From positions 32,001-96,000 of IMG/VR virus record IMGVR_UViG_3300045988_177154: DNA of 64,000 nt. One strand, given 5' to 3'. The translations under genes were made by a program, and so were the position numbers. This document shows positions 26,393 through 35,596 of the stretch, piece after piece (position 1 is the stretch's first letter; each line of letters begins with the position of its first letter). A model generated the notes under the pieces. That model was not told where the DNA came from and made no database searches. It saw nothing but the letters and a program-made list of their open reading frames with translations. The stretch is from a virus.

Positions 26393-26665
26393 GTGGAAAG
26401 AAAAGGATATGAAATGCTCAAAGGAATTTTTGAGCTAGATAAAGATTGGAATTTATATTCCCAAGAAGAACAAAAAGAAATTGTAGCTAAAAAAGCAAAA
26501 GTTTTGCTTCACCTAGTAGAAACAAATCCCCGATTAGAAGAAGCTCTAATCGGACACTTAAAACAAGAATATATTGCTTCAGTCGAAAAGAAAGCCAAAG
26601 AATATATTCTTGGAGGATTCCCTACTCTATCAAAGATGAATAACAAATCTCAAAAAGAAAAATAA
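26393..26665 (+). CDS. hypothetical protein (90 aa)
   Basis: GTG start 6 nt after AAGGAG. Abuts the upstream stop codon. Confidence 0.5.
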   Translation: MERKGYEMLKGIFELDKDWNLYSQEEQKEIVAKKAKVLLHLVETNPRLEEALIGHLKQEYIASVEKKAKEYILGGFPTLSKMNNKSQKEK

Positions 26666-26692
26666 ACTGCTCATTAAGGCAGTTTTTCTTTT
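26664..26692 (+). terminator. intrinsic terminator
   Basis: AAACTGC-loop-GCAGTTT plus a T run. Confidence 0.65.
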
Positions 26693-26725
26693 TATAAAAA
26701 ATTTTAAAAAAGTTTTATTTTTCTG

Positions 26726-26754
26726 TTGACAAATTAAAATTCCTATTGTATAAT
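26726..26754 (+). promoter_or_regulatory. sigma-A type promoter
   Basis: TTGACA-17-TATAAT. Confidence 0.8.
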
Positions 26755-26789
26755 GATATTATAGAAATGAGAAATGAGGAAAAATAACA

Positions 26790-27050
26790 ATGATTGAAGT
26801 ATGGTACTATGATAGAAATAAACAAGCTGACAAAACTTATCCAAACAAACTGTCAGAATATGAAGTTGCTGACCTAATCAAAAATGGCTTGACTACTACT
26901 TCAGAAGAAAATATTGCTCAATATATGAGTCCTTGGTATAGCACTTATAAAGATAAAAAAGATGCTAAGGAAAATTGTCCATATTCTAAAAAACGGGGCA
27001 ATGTAGTAATCTTCAAAAACATTAAAACAGGTAAATTTACTCGTGCTTAA
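26790..27050 (+). CDS. hypothetical protein (86 aa)
   Basis: ORF track. Behind promoter 26726-26754. Confidence 0.55.
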   Translation: MIEVWYYDRNKQADKTYPNKLSEYEVADLIKNGLTTTSEENIAQYMSPWYSTYKDKKDAKENCPYSKKRGNVVIFKNIKTGKFTRA

Positions 27051-27054
27051 TAAC

Positions 27055-27167
27055 TCTCAAACTGATTTTGAGGGTTGTTATATCGCCAATGAGTTGTTCA
27101 AAATGCTATTGTTTTCCAACTTCGATACATTTATCGAAACTTAGAAAAGAACAGCTGAGAACAGCTC
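27055..27167 (-). repeat. dispersed intergenic repeat, copy D (reverse orientation, diverged)
   Basis: The reverse complement reads GAGCTGTTCTCAGCTGTT...TCGATAAATGTATCGA...GGCGATATAACAACCCTCAAAATCAGTTTGA. Confidence 0.65.
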
Positions 27168-27198
27168 ATTTTTCTGTTTATAAAGATTTACTTTTTTG

Positions 27199-27227
27199 TT
27201 GACAAAATCAAATGTTTATGATACAAT
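27199..27227 (+). promoter_or_regulatory. sigma-A type promoter
   Basis: TTGACA-17-TACAAT. Confidence 0.75.
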
Positions 27228-27261
27228 AAAATAAATTAAAGAAATAAAGGAGTCTTATATC

Positions 27262-27630
27262 ATGGCAGAAATTGAAGTTATTAAAACTTATCGAGTAGGA
27301 AATGAATCGTTTGATACTCAAGAGGAAGCAGAACGCTACTTAGAAGAACAAAAGAAACTTGTTTTGCTAGAAAATCCAATCTATAAAGATAGTGAATTTC
27401 ATGCTACTTCTTATTATGAGCATTATGTTTATCAAGGTGGAGAGCATGAGCACCGTCATTGTGTGGGTAGATTTACTACATTAGCTGAAGCTGTAAACAA
27501 TATGAAAAATTTTCAAAATAGCATGGGTAAACCAGGCTCAGGATATATTGATTTTGTCAAAATCACAAAGCAAGAAAATACACAAGGATTAGTTAAGATT
27601 GAACGAATTACTATTTTATCCGTAGTTTAA
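27262..27630 (+). CDS. hypothetical protein (122 aa)
   Basis: ORF track. Behind promoter 27199-27227. Confidence 0.55.
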   Translation: MAEIEVIKTYRVGNESFDTQEEAERYLEEQKKLVLLENPIYKDSEFHATSYYEHYVYQGGEHEHRHCVGRFTTLAEAVNNMKNFQNSMGKPGSGYIDFVKITKQENTQGLVKIERITILSVV

Positions 27631-27662
27631 AAAATAACATTATTAAATCTAAAGGAGTCTTT

Positions 27663-28205
27663 ATGCCTAAACAAGAAAAACAAGCTAAACAATTTGCTTA
27701 TAAAGCACATAAAGGAATGAAAAGAAAAGGAAAAGACACCCCCTTTACTTATCATTTAGAATTAGTAAATAAAATTTTAAAAACTTTAACAACAGATGAT
27801 GAAATATTAGCTGTTGGATGGCTTCATGATGTTATTGAAGATACTCCAATCACATTAGATGAACTTAAAAAAGAATTTAATTCTAAGATTTGTTATTATG
27901 TAGACTTAGAAACAGAAGATAAGTCTTTGCCTTGGAAAGATAGAAAATTAAAACAAATCGAAGAATTAAGGCGAAATAATTTTGAAGTTGCTCTTATTGC
28001 TTATGCAGACAAAATGGCTAACATGACTGAAATGTTTGATGATTACAAAATTATCAAAGATGAACTATGGCAACGCTTCAATCGTGGAAAAGAAAAACAA
28101 TATTGGTACTACTTAGAGTTTTATAAGATTTTTTGCTACAATGAATTGATTGATAAAGAACATTTAAAAGAATATGAAATGTTACTAGAAAAATTATTTA
28201 AGTAA
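27663..28205 (+). CDS. RelA/SpoT-type HD-domain hydrolase (small alarmone hydrolase-like)
   Basis: AYKAHKG..R....PF..H and GWLHDVIEDT motifs match the (p)ppGpp hydrolase HD fold. No synthetase domain. Confidence 0.65.
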   Translation: MPKQEKQAKQFAYKAHKGMKRKGKDTPFTYHLELVNKILKTLTTDDEILAVGWLHDVIEDTPITLDELKKEFNSKICYYVDLETEDKSLPWKDRKLKQIEELRRNNFEVALIAYADKMANMTEMFDDYKIIKDELWQRFNRGKEKQYWYYLEFYKIFCYNELIDKEHLKEYEMLLEKLFK

Positions 28206-28238
28206 AAAGATATAACTCCTAAAAGGAGTAAATCCAAA

Positions 28239-29279
28239 ATGGGTAAGTATCATATAAATTTAAAGGGTGAAGTTGCTATTTGTAGAGCAATGGAGCATTG
28301 CCCTTTGGGGGGAGCACATTTTGAGCATCAAGCAGAAGCAATAGAATATGCTGATAGAATGAATGAAACTGTTATCAATAGTAATTTGCCTGAAGATTTA
28401 GCTAGAATGGAATATATTGAAGAAGATATTTTTAGGCATAAATTTATTCATGATGAAGATTATTCTATGCAAGAAGCTCTGAAAAGAGGTGAGTACGTTG
28501 AGAAAAGAGTAGAATATGCTAGAACAGTTGAAAAACTAGATTCTAAAAGCTTATACTATGATGAAACGATTGAAGATTATTCACCAGAAAGAAAAGCACT
28601 TCACAATAGATTGCTAAGAGAAGTCTTAGATAAATATAAAGATGTACCATGTGAAGCAAAAGTCTTTATGTCTGGTGGAATTTCAGGTGCTGGTAAAACT
28701 ACAATCCTATCAAAAATGGGAATAGATTTTCAAAACTATGCTACTGTTTCATCAGATGACTTCAAAGAATTACTTGCTAGAGAAGGTGCAATACCTCATG
28801 TAGAAGGCTTAACTCCTATGGAAGCATCAAGTCTTGTACATGAAGAATCTTCTCATTTGGCAGATAGATTATTACTCAACCTAGCTAACCAAAGAAAGAA
28901 TTTAATTTATGATTTTACTATGAAATCTGAATCAACTACTATGACTAGAATTGGAACGTTGAATAACTTCGGTTATCAAAATGAAGATATAAGGATAGTC
29001 TTTGTAGATGTTCCATTATCTGTTTCTAAAGGTAGAGCTAAAACAAGATACATGGTTGGATTAAATAACTTTGATTTAGGTGGAAGATGGGTGCCATCAT
29101 TTGTAGCAGATAAACAAAAAGCTAAGACTAATAGATTTAATACTGCTAATGCAGAAACATTAGTTACAATGGGAAGTAAATTAGAAGCAGACGGTTTCCC
29201 AACTCCAATTGTTTACGATAACACGGATGTTGCTAAGAAAATAGACTTTAATGAATTTAGAAAGGGATATAGAGAATGA
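28239..29279 (+). CDS. Zeta-toxin-like P-loop kinase with N-terminal Cys/His module
   Basis: N-terminus is MGKYHINLKGEVAICRAMEHCPLGGAHF. Walker A is SGGISGAGKTT in the C-terminal half. Confidence 0.55.
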   Translation: MGKYHINLKGEVAICRAMEHCPLGGAHFEHQAEAIEYADRMNETVINSNLPEDLARMEYIEEDIFRHKFIHDEDYSMQEALKRGEYVEKRVEYARTVEKLDSKSLYYDETIEDYSPERKALHNRLLREVLDKYKDVPCEAKVFMSGGISGAGKTTILSKMGIDFQNYATVSSDDFKELLAREGAIPHVEGLTPMEASSLVHEESSHLADRLLLNLANQRKNLIYDFTMKSESTTMTRIGTLNNFGYQNEDIRIVFVDVPLSVSKGRAKTRYMVGLNNFDLGGRWVPSFVADKQKAKTNRFNTANAETLVTMGSKLEADGFPTPIVYDNTDVAKKIDFNEFRKGYRE

Positions 29280-29515
29280 ACTTAATTAAAATTGCTGAAA
29301 AATGGAAAAACAACTTATATAAAGATGATAAAGAATTAAAGGAAGATTTAGATAAAGTTAAAATCTTTACGCCTATTACTTCTGCAACCGTTGATGAAGA
29401 TTCTATCTCATTTGACGGAAGCGGTAATAGCTTCCTTGAAGTAGGGGAACTTGTTTTCAAAGATGATTCACAAAATTATCATGAATTTGTTAAATTAGTA
29501 AAGAAATTGAAATAA
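29276..29515 (+). CDS. small acidic protein (79 aa)
   Basis: ATGA start/stop overlap with the Zeta-like kinase gene. Confidence 0.55.
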   Translation: MNLIKIAEKWKNNLYKDDKELKEDLDKVKIFTPITSATVDEDSISFDGSGNSFLEVGELVFKDDSQNYHEFVKLVKKLK

Positions 29516-29560
29516 AAATGTAACAAAAGAGCCGTATTTTTATATGGCTCTTTTTCTTAT

Positions 29561-29690
29561 TCTAAGCAGTTCTGAGCGATTTGTAGCATAACGCACACAT
29601 TCTATCAAGAGTAACATAAAACTGTCTTAGCAGCTGAATTACGGCCACTCATAACGTTTTAGCATAGAGCTAATAACTTAGATTTGCTCA
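29561..29690 (+). repeat. second intergenic repeat subfamily, copy 1
   Basis: TCTAAGCAG...AAAACTGTCTTAGCAGCTGAATTACGGCCACTCATAAC resembles 57449-57560. Confidence 0.5.
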
Positions 29691-29703
29691 AAAGGACGAA
29701 AAT

Positions 29704-29732
29704 TTGAAAAAGGTCAGTTTTTGTGATAAAAT
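29704..29732 (+). promoter_or_regulatory. sigma-A type promoter
   Basis: TTGAAA-17-TAAAAT, with TG two nt upstream of the -10 box. Confidence 0.6.
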
Positions 29733-29773
29733 AGTGATATAAAATAAATACTTTCAAAAAGGAGAAATTTTAT

Positions 29774-30634
29774 TTGAAGAAATATACTAAGAAAATAATC
29801 ATTGGATTGTTAGCAAGTACTGCCTTATTCGGTAGTGTTGCATACAGTGAAGAAATCCAAACAGTTGCTGTTGACACTTTAAATTTTGTTACTAATACAA
29901 AAGTTGCAACAGAAGAAGATGTAATTAAAGCAAAAGATACTATCAATGAGCTTAATCTAACTAAGGAATACAAAGAGTCTACAAAGGACTCTATTAAAGT
30001 TAGAATGCCTGAAGATGAAGTTTATAATATTGTTAAAACTGCTAAAACAGAATCAGAAAATAATTCTAAAGTTGAAAATAACAAAGCTTCTGAATTAGTA
30101 GACAAATATAATTCATCTAAGACAGAATATAATTATAGAACTGCTAAAGATTATATTGCTACTATTTTTGACTCATCTGAACAAAAAACTCTTTTAGAAA
30201 AATTAGATAAATCTTATAAAGACGAACAAAAGAGAATTGAGGAAGAGAAAAAGAAACAAGAAGAAGCAGAGGCGCAAGCTAGACGAAATAATATTCAATT
30301 TGGCTCTAATGGATTACTTGTGGAACATTCAAGTGATAATGCTGAAAGAGTTATTACATTATTACTTGCAATTCCAAATCATAAAAATGGCTCTGCTTAT
30401 CATGCACAAATTGACCCAATTATCGACCAATTATCTGCAGCTGAAGCGGTTCATGTTATCCATAGAATTGAAGGGGCTGGATTTGGTCAAACTGCCGATG
30501 GATTAGCTGGTGTAGATTCACCTGCAACACATAGAGCTTTTGTGGAAAGACAAGTAAATGGACGTAGGGAATTTGGGGGTTCCATTCATCAATTATTAAA
30601 ATTGTGGGGAACATTTGATTACGGCGGATATTAA
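29774..30634 (+). CDS. secreted protein with signal peptide
   Basis: TTG start after [32 protein letters not shown] is a signal-like N-terminus. Coiled-coil middle region. Confidence 0.6.
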   Translation: MKKYTKKIIIGLLASTALFGSVAYSEEIQTVAVDTLNFVTNTKVATEEDVIKAKDTINELNLTKEYKESTKDSIKVRMPEDEVYNIVKTAKTESENNSKVENNKASELVDKYNSSKTEYNYRTAKDYIATIFDSSEQKTLLEKLDKSYKDEQKRIEEEKKKQEEAEAQARRNNIQFGSNGLLVEHSSDNAERVITLLLAIPNHKNGSAYHAQIDPIIDQLSAAEAVHVIHRIEGAGFGQTADGLAGVDSPATHRAFVERQVNGRREFGGSIHQLLKLWGTFDYGGY

Positions 30635-30654
30635 AACAAAAAGGAACTAAAAAT

Positions 30655-31593
30655 ATGATTAACAAAGACTCATTTAAGAAAAACAAAAATCGAATTATTG
30701 CGGGTGGTGCTCTAATCCTTATGGTTGGAACACCAATCCTATCAATCATTGCTTCAAATACAAATCATTCTACTCATACGCAGACTGAAACTACTACTAA
30801 AGAACCTGAAACTGAAAAATTTGATTTGGATGCTGTAGCAAAAACACAAGAAGAAGTTAAAAAAGAAGCAGATGAAGCTATTGAAAAGCTAAAAGAGCTT
30901 GATTTAACAGAAACAGAAAAGACAGATATTATTCAATCATTAAAAGAAGCAAATTCTAAAGATAGAGTTAAACAAATTCTTGATGAAGCTATTCTGAAAT
31001 CTGATAATAAGAAAAAAGAAGCAGAAGCTAAAAAGGCTGAAGAAGAAAAAGCTAATAAAATCAAGAAATACTCTGATTTAGTAGATAAAGCAGAAAAAGA
31101 TAAAACAGTTGAAGCTTTCAATAAAGCAGCTACTGAAATTGCTAGTTCTGATTTATCTGATTCAGAAAAAGAAACTCTTTATGTTCGTTTAAGAAAATTA
31201 GAAGCAGAAATTACAGAACCTGAAACTACAACTCAAACAACACAAGCTTCTGCTCAATCAAATCCAACACCACAACCGACTTCTTATACATCATCTGAAC
31301 CATCTAATGTTGTATTATCAAATGGTAACACACCTGGTGAAGTTGGAACATATGCAGCTAAAAGAATGGCTGAAGCTACTGGAGTAGCACAATCTACATG
31401 GGAATATATTATTGCTAGAGAAAGCAATGGAAATCCAAATGCTTATAATCCAAGTGGTGCTTCTGGGCTATTCCAAACAATGCCTTTCTGGGGAGATACT
31501 TCAACTGTAGAAGCACAAATCCAAACAGCATTAAAAGCTTACAATGCAGCTAAATCTGCTTATGGAAATGGACTACAACCTTGGGCGCTATAA
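30655..31593 (+). CDS. membrane-anchored protein with C-terminal SLT-like lytic transglycosylase domain
   Basis: N-terminal TM helix. C-terminal [21 protein letters not shown] matches the E-S...G-A-x-G-L-(F/M)-Q pattern of SLT domains. Confidence 0.55.
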   Translation: MINKDSFKKNKNRIIAGGALILMVGTPILSIIASNTNHSTHTQTETTTKEPETEKFDLDAVAKTQEEVKKEADEAIEKLKELDLTETEKTDIIQSLKEANSKDRVKQILDEAILKSDNKKKEAEAKKAEEEKANKIKKYSDLVDKAEKDKTVEAFNKAATEIASSDLSDSEKETLYVRLRKLEAEITEPETTTQTTQASAQSNPTPQPTSYTSSEPSNVVLSNGNTPGEVGTYAAKRMAEATGVAQSTWEYIIARESNGNPNAYNPSGASGLFQTMPFWGDTSTVEAQIQTALKAYNAAKSAYGNGLQPWAL

Positions 31594-31612
31594 AATAAAA
31601 TATAAAACTAAT

Positions 31613-31638
31613 AGGAGCAATGATTTGCTCCTTTTTTA
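31613..31638 (+). terminator. intrinsic terminator
   Basis: AGGAGCAA-TGAT-TTGCTCCT plus a T run. Confidence 0.75.
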
Positions 31639-31667
31639 TTGACTTTATAAGATTAACTTGTTACAAT
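31639..31667 (+). promoter_or_regulatory. sigma-A type promoter
   Basis: TTGACT-17-TACAAT. Confidence 0.7.
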
Positions 31668-31698
31668 AAGAATGAATAAAAATATTACGGAGAATAGA

Positions 31699-32259
31699 AT
31701 GAAATATTTTGATTGCTGGTTGAGGCGGATTGATAAGAAAGAATATGCAAGAATACAGCAAAGAAAAGAATTATATGAAAAAGGTTTAGGTAGAGTTTTC
31801 GTTTTTCTTGATGTGGACGGAGTGTTAAATATTAACCGAACTGATGATAAATTTACTTATATAACTTCATCTACGGTATGGAAGATTAGAAATGAAGTTC
31901 TAGCTTGGATAAAAGAAATGAGTAACTTTATCAATGTACAATTCATCTGGTTATCAACTTGGCAAAATGAATGTAATGAGATTAACAAAGCTCTGAATAT
32001 TGAAGCTTTTCCAATTTCAAATGAATACATTAACCCTAAGGAAATGGACTCATTAACTATCAAAAAGAAACAAATAAATAAGTTGAGGAGCTTATATCCA
32101 TTAGCTAAAATTGTTTCCATTGATGATGATTTAAAGAAAACTGAAGTTAGTTCAGATTTTCATTTACAGCCTAAATCTGAATTAGGCTTAACACATGAAG
32201 ATTTAGTTATTTTAACTAATAAAATTAAAAAATACTTAGAACATAGAAAGGTATATTAA
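31699..32259 (+). CDS. HAD-superfamily phosphatase-like protein
   Basis: FLDVDGVLN (DxDG motif I). Start set at MKYFDCW (GGAGAA RBS), because the first ATG sits at the predicted transcription start of promoter 31639-31667. Confidence 0.5.
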   Translation: MKYFDCWLRRIDKKEYARIQQRKELYEKGLGRVFVFLDVDGVLNINRTDDKFTYITSSTVWKIRNEVLAWIKEMSNFINVQFIWLSTWQNECNEINKALNIEAFPISNEYINPKEMDSLTIKKKQINKLRSLYPLAKIVSIDDDLKKTEVSSDFHLQPKSELGLTHEDLVILTNKIKKYLEHRKVY

Positions 32260-32261
32260 AA

Positions 32262-33278
32262 ATGAATAATGAAGATGTACGGAAATTAGTAAGTTTCAAA
32301 ACTGTAGAAAAGATTAAACCAATTGAAAATGCAGATGCTATTGAATTAGTTTGTTTCGGTGGTTGGCAAGTTGTAGTTAAAAAAGATGAATTTAAAGTAG
32401 GAGATAAAGTTATTTATTTTGAAATTGATTCATTCTTGCCAAAAGGAGTAAAACAATTTTCTTTCTTAGTGGAAAAGAGCTCTAAAAAAGCATTAGACAC
32501 AAAAGGTAATGAAGTAGTTGGTCATGTTTTGAAAACTATTCGACTTCGTGGAGCTATCTCACAAGGATTAGTTTTAAGCCCTAAAGATTTTGATAAAGAA
32601 TTGAACACTCAAAAAGATTTAGAAGATTATTTTTACAATGAATTAGGAGTATTTAAATATGAAAAACCACTTCCATTAGACTCAGAAATTATCGGCAACT
32701 ATCCTAATTTTACAACAAAAACTGACTCTGAACGAGTACAAAATCTTTCAGATGAAATCTTGCAAAAATTAGGAGAAAAATGTACTTGGATTGCAACAGA
32801 AAAAGTTGATGGTACTTCTTCTACTTGGTGGAAAGATGAAAAGGGAATCATTCATGCGGCTTCTCGTAATTATGAAATTGCAATTGTTAAAGGAGCTGTT
32901 CATTATGAATTGATTAAAAAATACAAATTAGATGAAATCTTAAAACCAAATGAAATCATTAAAGGTGAAATTGTTGGGGAAGGTATTCAAAAGAACCCAC
33001 TAAAAATTCAAGGTAAAAAATTGCTTATTTTTGAGTGGGAAAGTCCTAATCGTGATTTACCAAAAGAATTGGAAGATTTAAAGGTTAAGGAATATGACTT
33101 ACCATTTCCTAAAACAGTTGAAGAAGCTGTTGCTCAAGTATACGGTTTGAAATCTCTAGTTAATCCAAATGTACAAGCAGAGGGTATTGTTTGGTGGAAC
33201 AAAGAACATGAGCTTTTTGAAGAATTAGACTTCCGTCCTAATTTCAAAGCTATTAACAACAAATATTTATTAAAATAA
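32262..33278 (+). CDS. ATP-dependent RNA ligase (DRB0094/Rnl5-like family)
   Basis: N-terminal I.PIENADAIE...GGWQVVVKKDEFKVGDKVIYFEIDSFLP block. Nucleotidyl-transferase motif I is EKVDGTS. Confidence 0.75.
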   Translation: MNNEDVRKLVSFKTVEKIKPIENADAIELVCFGGWQVVVKKDEFKVGDKVIYFEIDSFLPKGVKQFSFLVEKSSKKALDTKGNEVVGHVLKTIRLRGAISQGLVLSPKDFDKELNTQKDLEDYFYNELGVFKYEKPLPLDSEIIGNYPNFTTKTDSERVQNLSDEILQKLGEKCTWIATEKVDGTSSTWWKDEKGIIHAASRNYEIAIVKGAVHYELIKKYKLDEILKPNEIIKGEIVGEGIQKNPLKIQGKKLLIFEWESPNRDLPKELEDLKVKEYDLPFPKTVEEAVAQVYGLKSLVNPNVQAEGIVWWNKEHELFEELDFRPNFKAINNKYLLK

Positions 33279-33328
33279 ATAAGGGCTCTATTCAGAGCTC
33301 TTATTTTTTTATTTTTTTGCTAAAAATG

Positions 33329-33357
33329 TTGACAAAATAAAATTTTTGTTGTATCAT
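33329..33357 (+). promoter_or_regulatory. sigma-A type promoter
   Basis: TTGACA-17-TATCAT. Confidence 0.7.
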
Positions 33358-33387
33358 ATAAATATAGAAATGAAAGAGGAAAAACTC

Positions 33388-33492
33388 ATGAAAAAATTTA
33401 TTAAAATTGCAGCTGTTACTATTGCAGTTATTGCTTGGATTACTTTATCAATTTTTGTATTTTTTGCTTTGATTGAAAATGGCTTAATTTAA
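33388..33492 (+). CDS. small hydrophobic peptide (34 aa)
   Basis: Hand-translated MKKFIKIAAVTIAVIAWITLSIFVFFALIENGLI. AGAGGA RBS. Behind promoter 33329-33357. Confidence 0.45.
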   Translation: MKKFIKIAAVTIAVIAWITLSIFVFFALIENGLI

Positions 33493-33511
33493 AAGAATAG
33501 GAGAATTAACA

Positions 33512-33892
33512 ATGACAATTTTAACTGAGTTAAATGAATTAAAACAACAAGTACAAGCACAAGAAGAAAAACTTCAAGAACTTTATTCTAGTATTGATTA
33601 TGCTGATGATGAAGTTCAAGACTTTGTAATTTCTATGGTTGACAACATTTCACAAATAGAATGTTTCAAAGCTTTAGTTACTTTGGAAATCTTTACTTCA
33701 AGAAATGGCTTCCAACTCAAAGATTTAAAAGTTGGAACAAAAGTGAAAGATACTGAATCATCTAAAATTGAAGCAACTTATCTTTGTACAAATTGGATTT
33801 ATGAAAACAAAGAACGAAAAGACCGATTATGGATTGACATTTCAGAACAAGAAGTAGTTGGTATTTATTACGATTGTAAATATACTGATTAA
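33512..33892 (+). CDS. hypothetical protein (126 aa)
   Basis: ORF track. GGAG RBS. Confidence 0.55.
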   Translation: MTILTELNELKQQVQAQEEKLQELYSSIDYADDEVQDFVISMVDNISQIECFKALVTLEIFTSRNGFQLKDLKVGTKVKDTESSKIEATYLCTNWIYENKERKDRLWIDISEQEVVGIYYDCKYTD

Positions 33893-33906
33893 AAAGGAGA
33901 ATTAAA

Positions 33907-34305
33907 ATGAGTTATATTGGTGAAAATTATGACAGCTGGGAATTAGCAAATCTAATGCAAAAGGAATTAGTAGGGCATAGAATTGTTGCTATGACTGAAG
34001 AAGTTATTAAACTAGATAATGGTGTTACTCTCAACATTCAACTTAACGAGGGCTGCGGAGGTTGCTCTTCAGGTTGGTCAGAACTTGATGTTGTAAATTT
34101 CGATAAGAAATATAGTGAAGCTGCCGTCATGAATGTAGTTTATGAAAGCTATTACACTGACAAAGAAAAGAATAAGAATTATAGTCAAGATGAATTTAAA
34201 ATCTTTATTTACTTGGTAAACAAAGAAGTAATCGAAATTGACGGTGATGAAGGTGTGGGTAATGGTTATTACGGCTCAGGTTTCTGGGTGTCAGTCACAC
34301 GATAA
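33907..34305 (+). CDS. hypothetical protein (132 aa) with CGGC motif
   Basis: ORF track. Contains NEGCGGCSSGW. Confidence 0.55.
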   Translation: MSYIGENYDSWELANLMQKELVGHRIVAMTEEVIKLDNGVTLNIQLNEGCGGCSSGWSELDVVNFDKKYSEAAVMNVVYESYYTDKEKNKNYSQDEFKIFIYLVNKEVIEIDGDEGVGNGYYGSGFWVSVTR

Positions 34306-34333
34306 AAAGAACTTTTAAATAAGTTCTTTTTTC
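34305..34333 (+). terminator. intrinsic terminator
   Basis: AAAGAACTT-loop-AAGTTCTTT plus a T run. Confidence 0.7.
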
Positions 34334-34344
34334 TTAGCTTTAAT

Positions 34345-34372
34345 TTGACTTCTCACTTATTTTTGTTATAAT
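34345..34372 (+). promoter_or_regulatory. sigma-A type promoter
   Basis: TTGACT-16-TATAAT. Confidence 0.7.
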
Positions 34373-34431
34373 AGTTAAAAAGACTAGTAAAGAAATAAAA
34401 CGATATAGAAAAATAAAAAGGAGTTTTCCGA

Positions 34432-35571
34432 ATGCCAAAATTTCATATTGGAAAAAGGGGTAACACGGCTGCTTGCCACGCTAAAGGAAAATGCCCTCTT
34501 GGTGGTGACGAATCTCATGGAAAAACAAGAGAAGAAGTTCAAACTATCATAGATAGCTACTACGAAACAGAAGCAGCACTTAGACGACATCAAGAATTAC
34601 CCGAATCAACAAACGCTTTTGAAACTGCTGGAAGATTAAAAGCATATAAAGAAAAACAAGAATATCTAGCTCAACTAATCAATGGTATTGAAGAACGAAA
34701 TAGAAGTATTTTCTATTCTTCTTATGGAACTGCTGAACAAATTGAAGCTGCTATTGCAAGCAATCATGAAAGAATCGCTAATGAAAAAGCTTATCTAGCT
34801 AATAGAGAGATGGTTTTAGCTGATAGAGATGCTTACAAAGAAAAAGCATTAGCAGAAATTCAACAAAACAATCCTTTTGGTGAAAGATTAACTATTTCTC
34901 CAGCAGGTAAGCTATTTGTTAAAGACATTCAAAAAGACGAATGGTCAGCTTATAATAAGATTAAAGACAAACTAAAAGAGATTAAAGAAGAAGAACAAAA
35001 ATATATTGACGCTAGTTATGCTTATGCTCCAAAAGACAGACCATTCACTGATAATGAAATCAAAGAAATGCAAGAAGATTTAGAGAAGCTTAAACAACAA
35101 CCAGAGCGTTTTGACACTACTAAAGATAGAGAAGAATATGAAAAAGTAAGTACTGAAATTAAAAAATACGAACAGCTTCATAAAGAGCAATTATTTGAAG
35201 AACGTACTGGTCATAAACTTTCAGAATTAAACGCCATTCCTCGTACTGAAACTTCTGATAAAGTTAGAATTGATGAAAAAGGACATTTTACTAATGTTTA
35301 TGCAAAATCTGATGGTGAAGTTTACAAAGTATTAAAAACTGGCCATGAAGAAGGTGCATATGGTGGAATTGGAAGAAGTTACTTGGAAGTAGAAACACTT
35401 AATGGGGATAAAAAAGAATTAAGTATGACTACTACATGGAATTGGCGTATGACAAGAACTCATGACGCTTACAATTCATTACCACACATTTATACTGTTG
35501 ATGATAATAAAGGAACATTAACAAATGAACCAGTTCATTTCAGTAAAATTATGATTGATAGCTCAGATTAA
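34432..35571 (+). CDS. hypothetical protein with N-terminal Cys/His module and long coiled coil
   Basis: Starts MPKFHIGKRGNTAACHAKGKCPLGGDESH, a module shared with 8084 and 28239. Behind promoter 34345-34372. Confidence 0.6.
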   Translation: MPKFHIGKRGNTAACHAKGKCPLGGDESHGKTREEVQTIIDSYYETEAALRRHQELPESTNAFETAGRLKAYKEKQEYLAQLINGIEERNRSIFYSSYGTAEQIEAAIASNHERIANEKAYLANREMVLADRDAYKEKALAEIQQNNPFGERLTISPAGKLFVKDIQKDEWSAYNKIKDKLKEIKEEEQKYIDASYAYAPKDRPFTDNEIKEMQEDLEKLKQQPERFDTTKDREEYEKVSTEIKKYEQLHKEQLFEERTGHKLSELNAIPRTETSDKVRIDEKGHFTNVYAKSDGEVYKVLKTGHEEGAYGGIGRSYLEVETLNGDKKELSMTTTWNWRMTRTHDAYNSLPHIYTVDDNKGTLTNEPVHFSKIMIDSSD

Positions 35572-35596
35572 CAAAACAAAGAATGAGGTGTGATAT

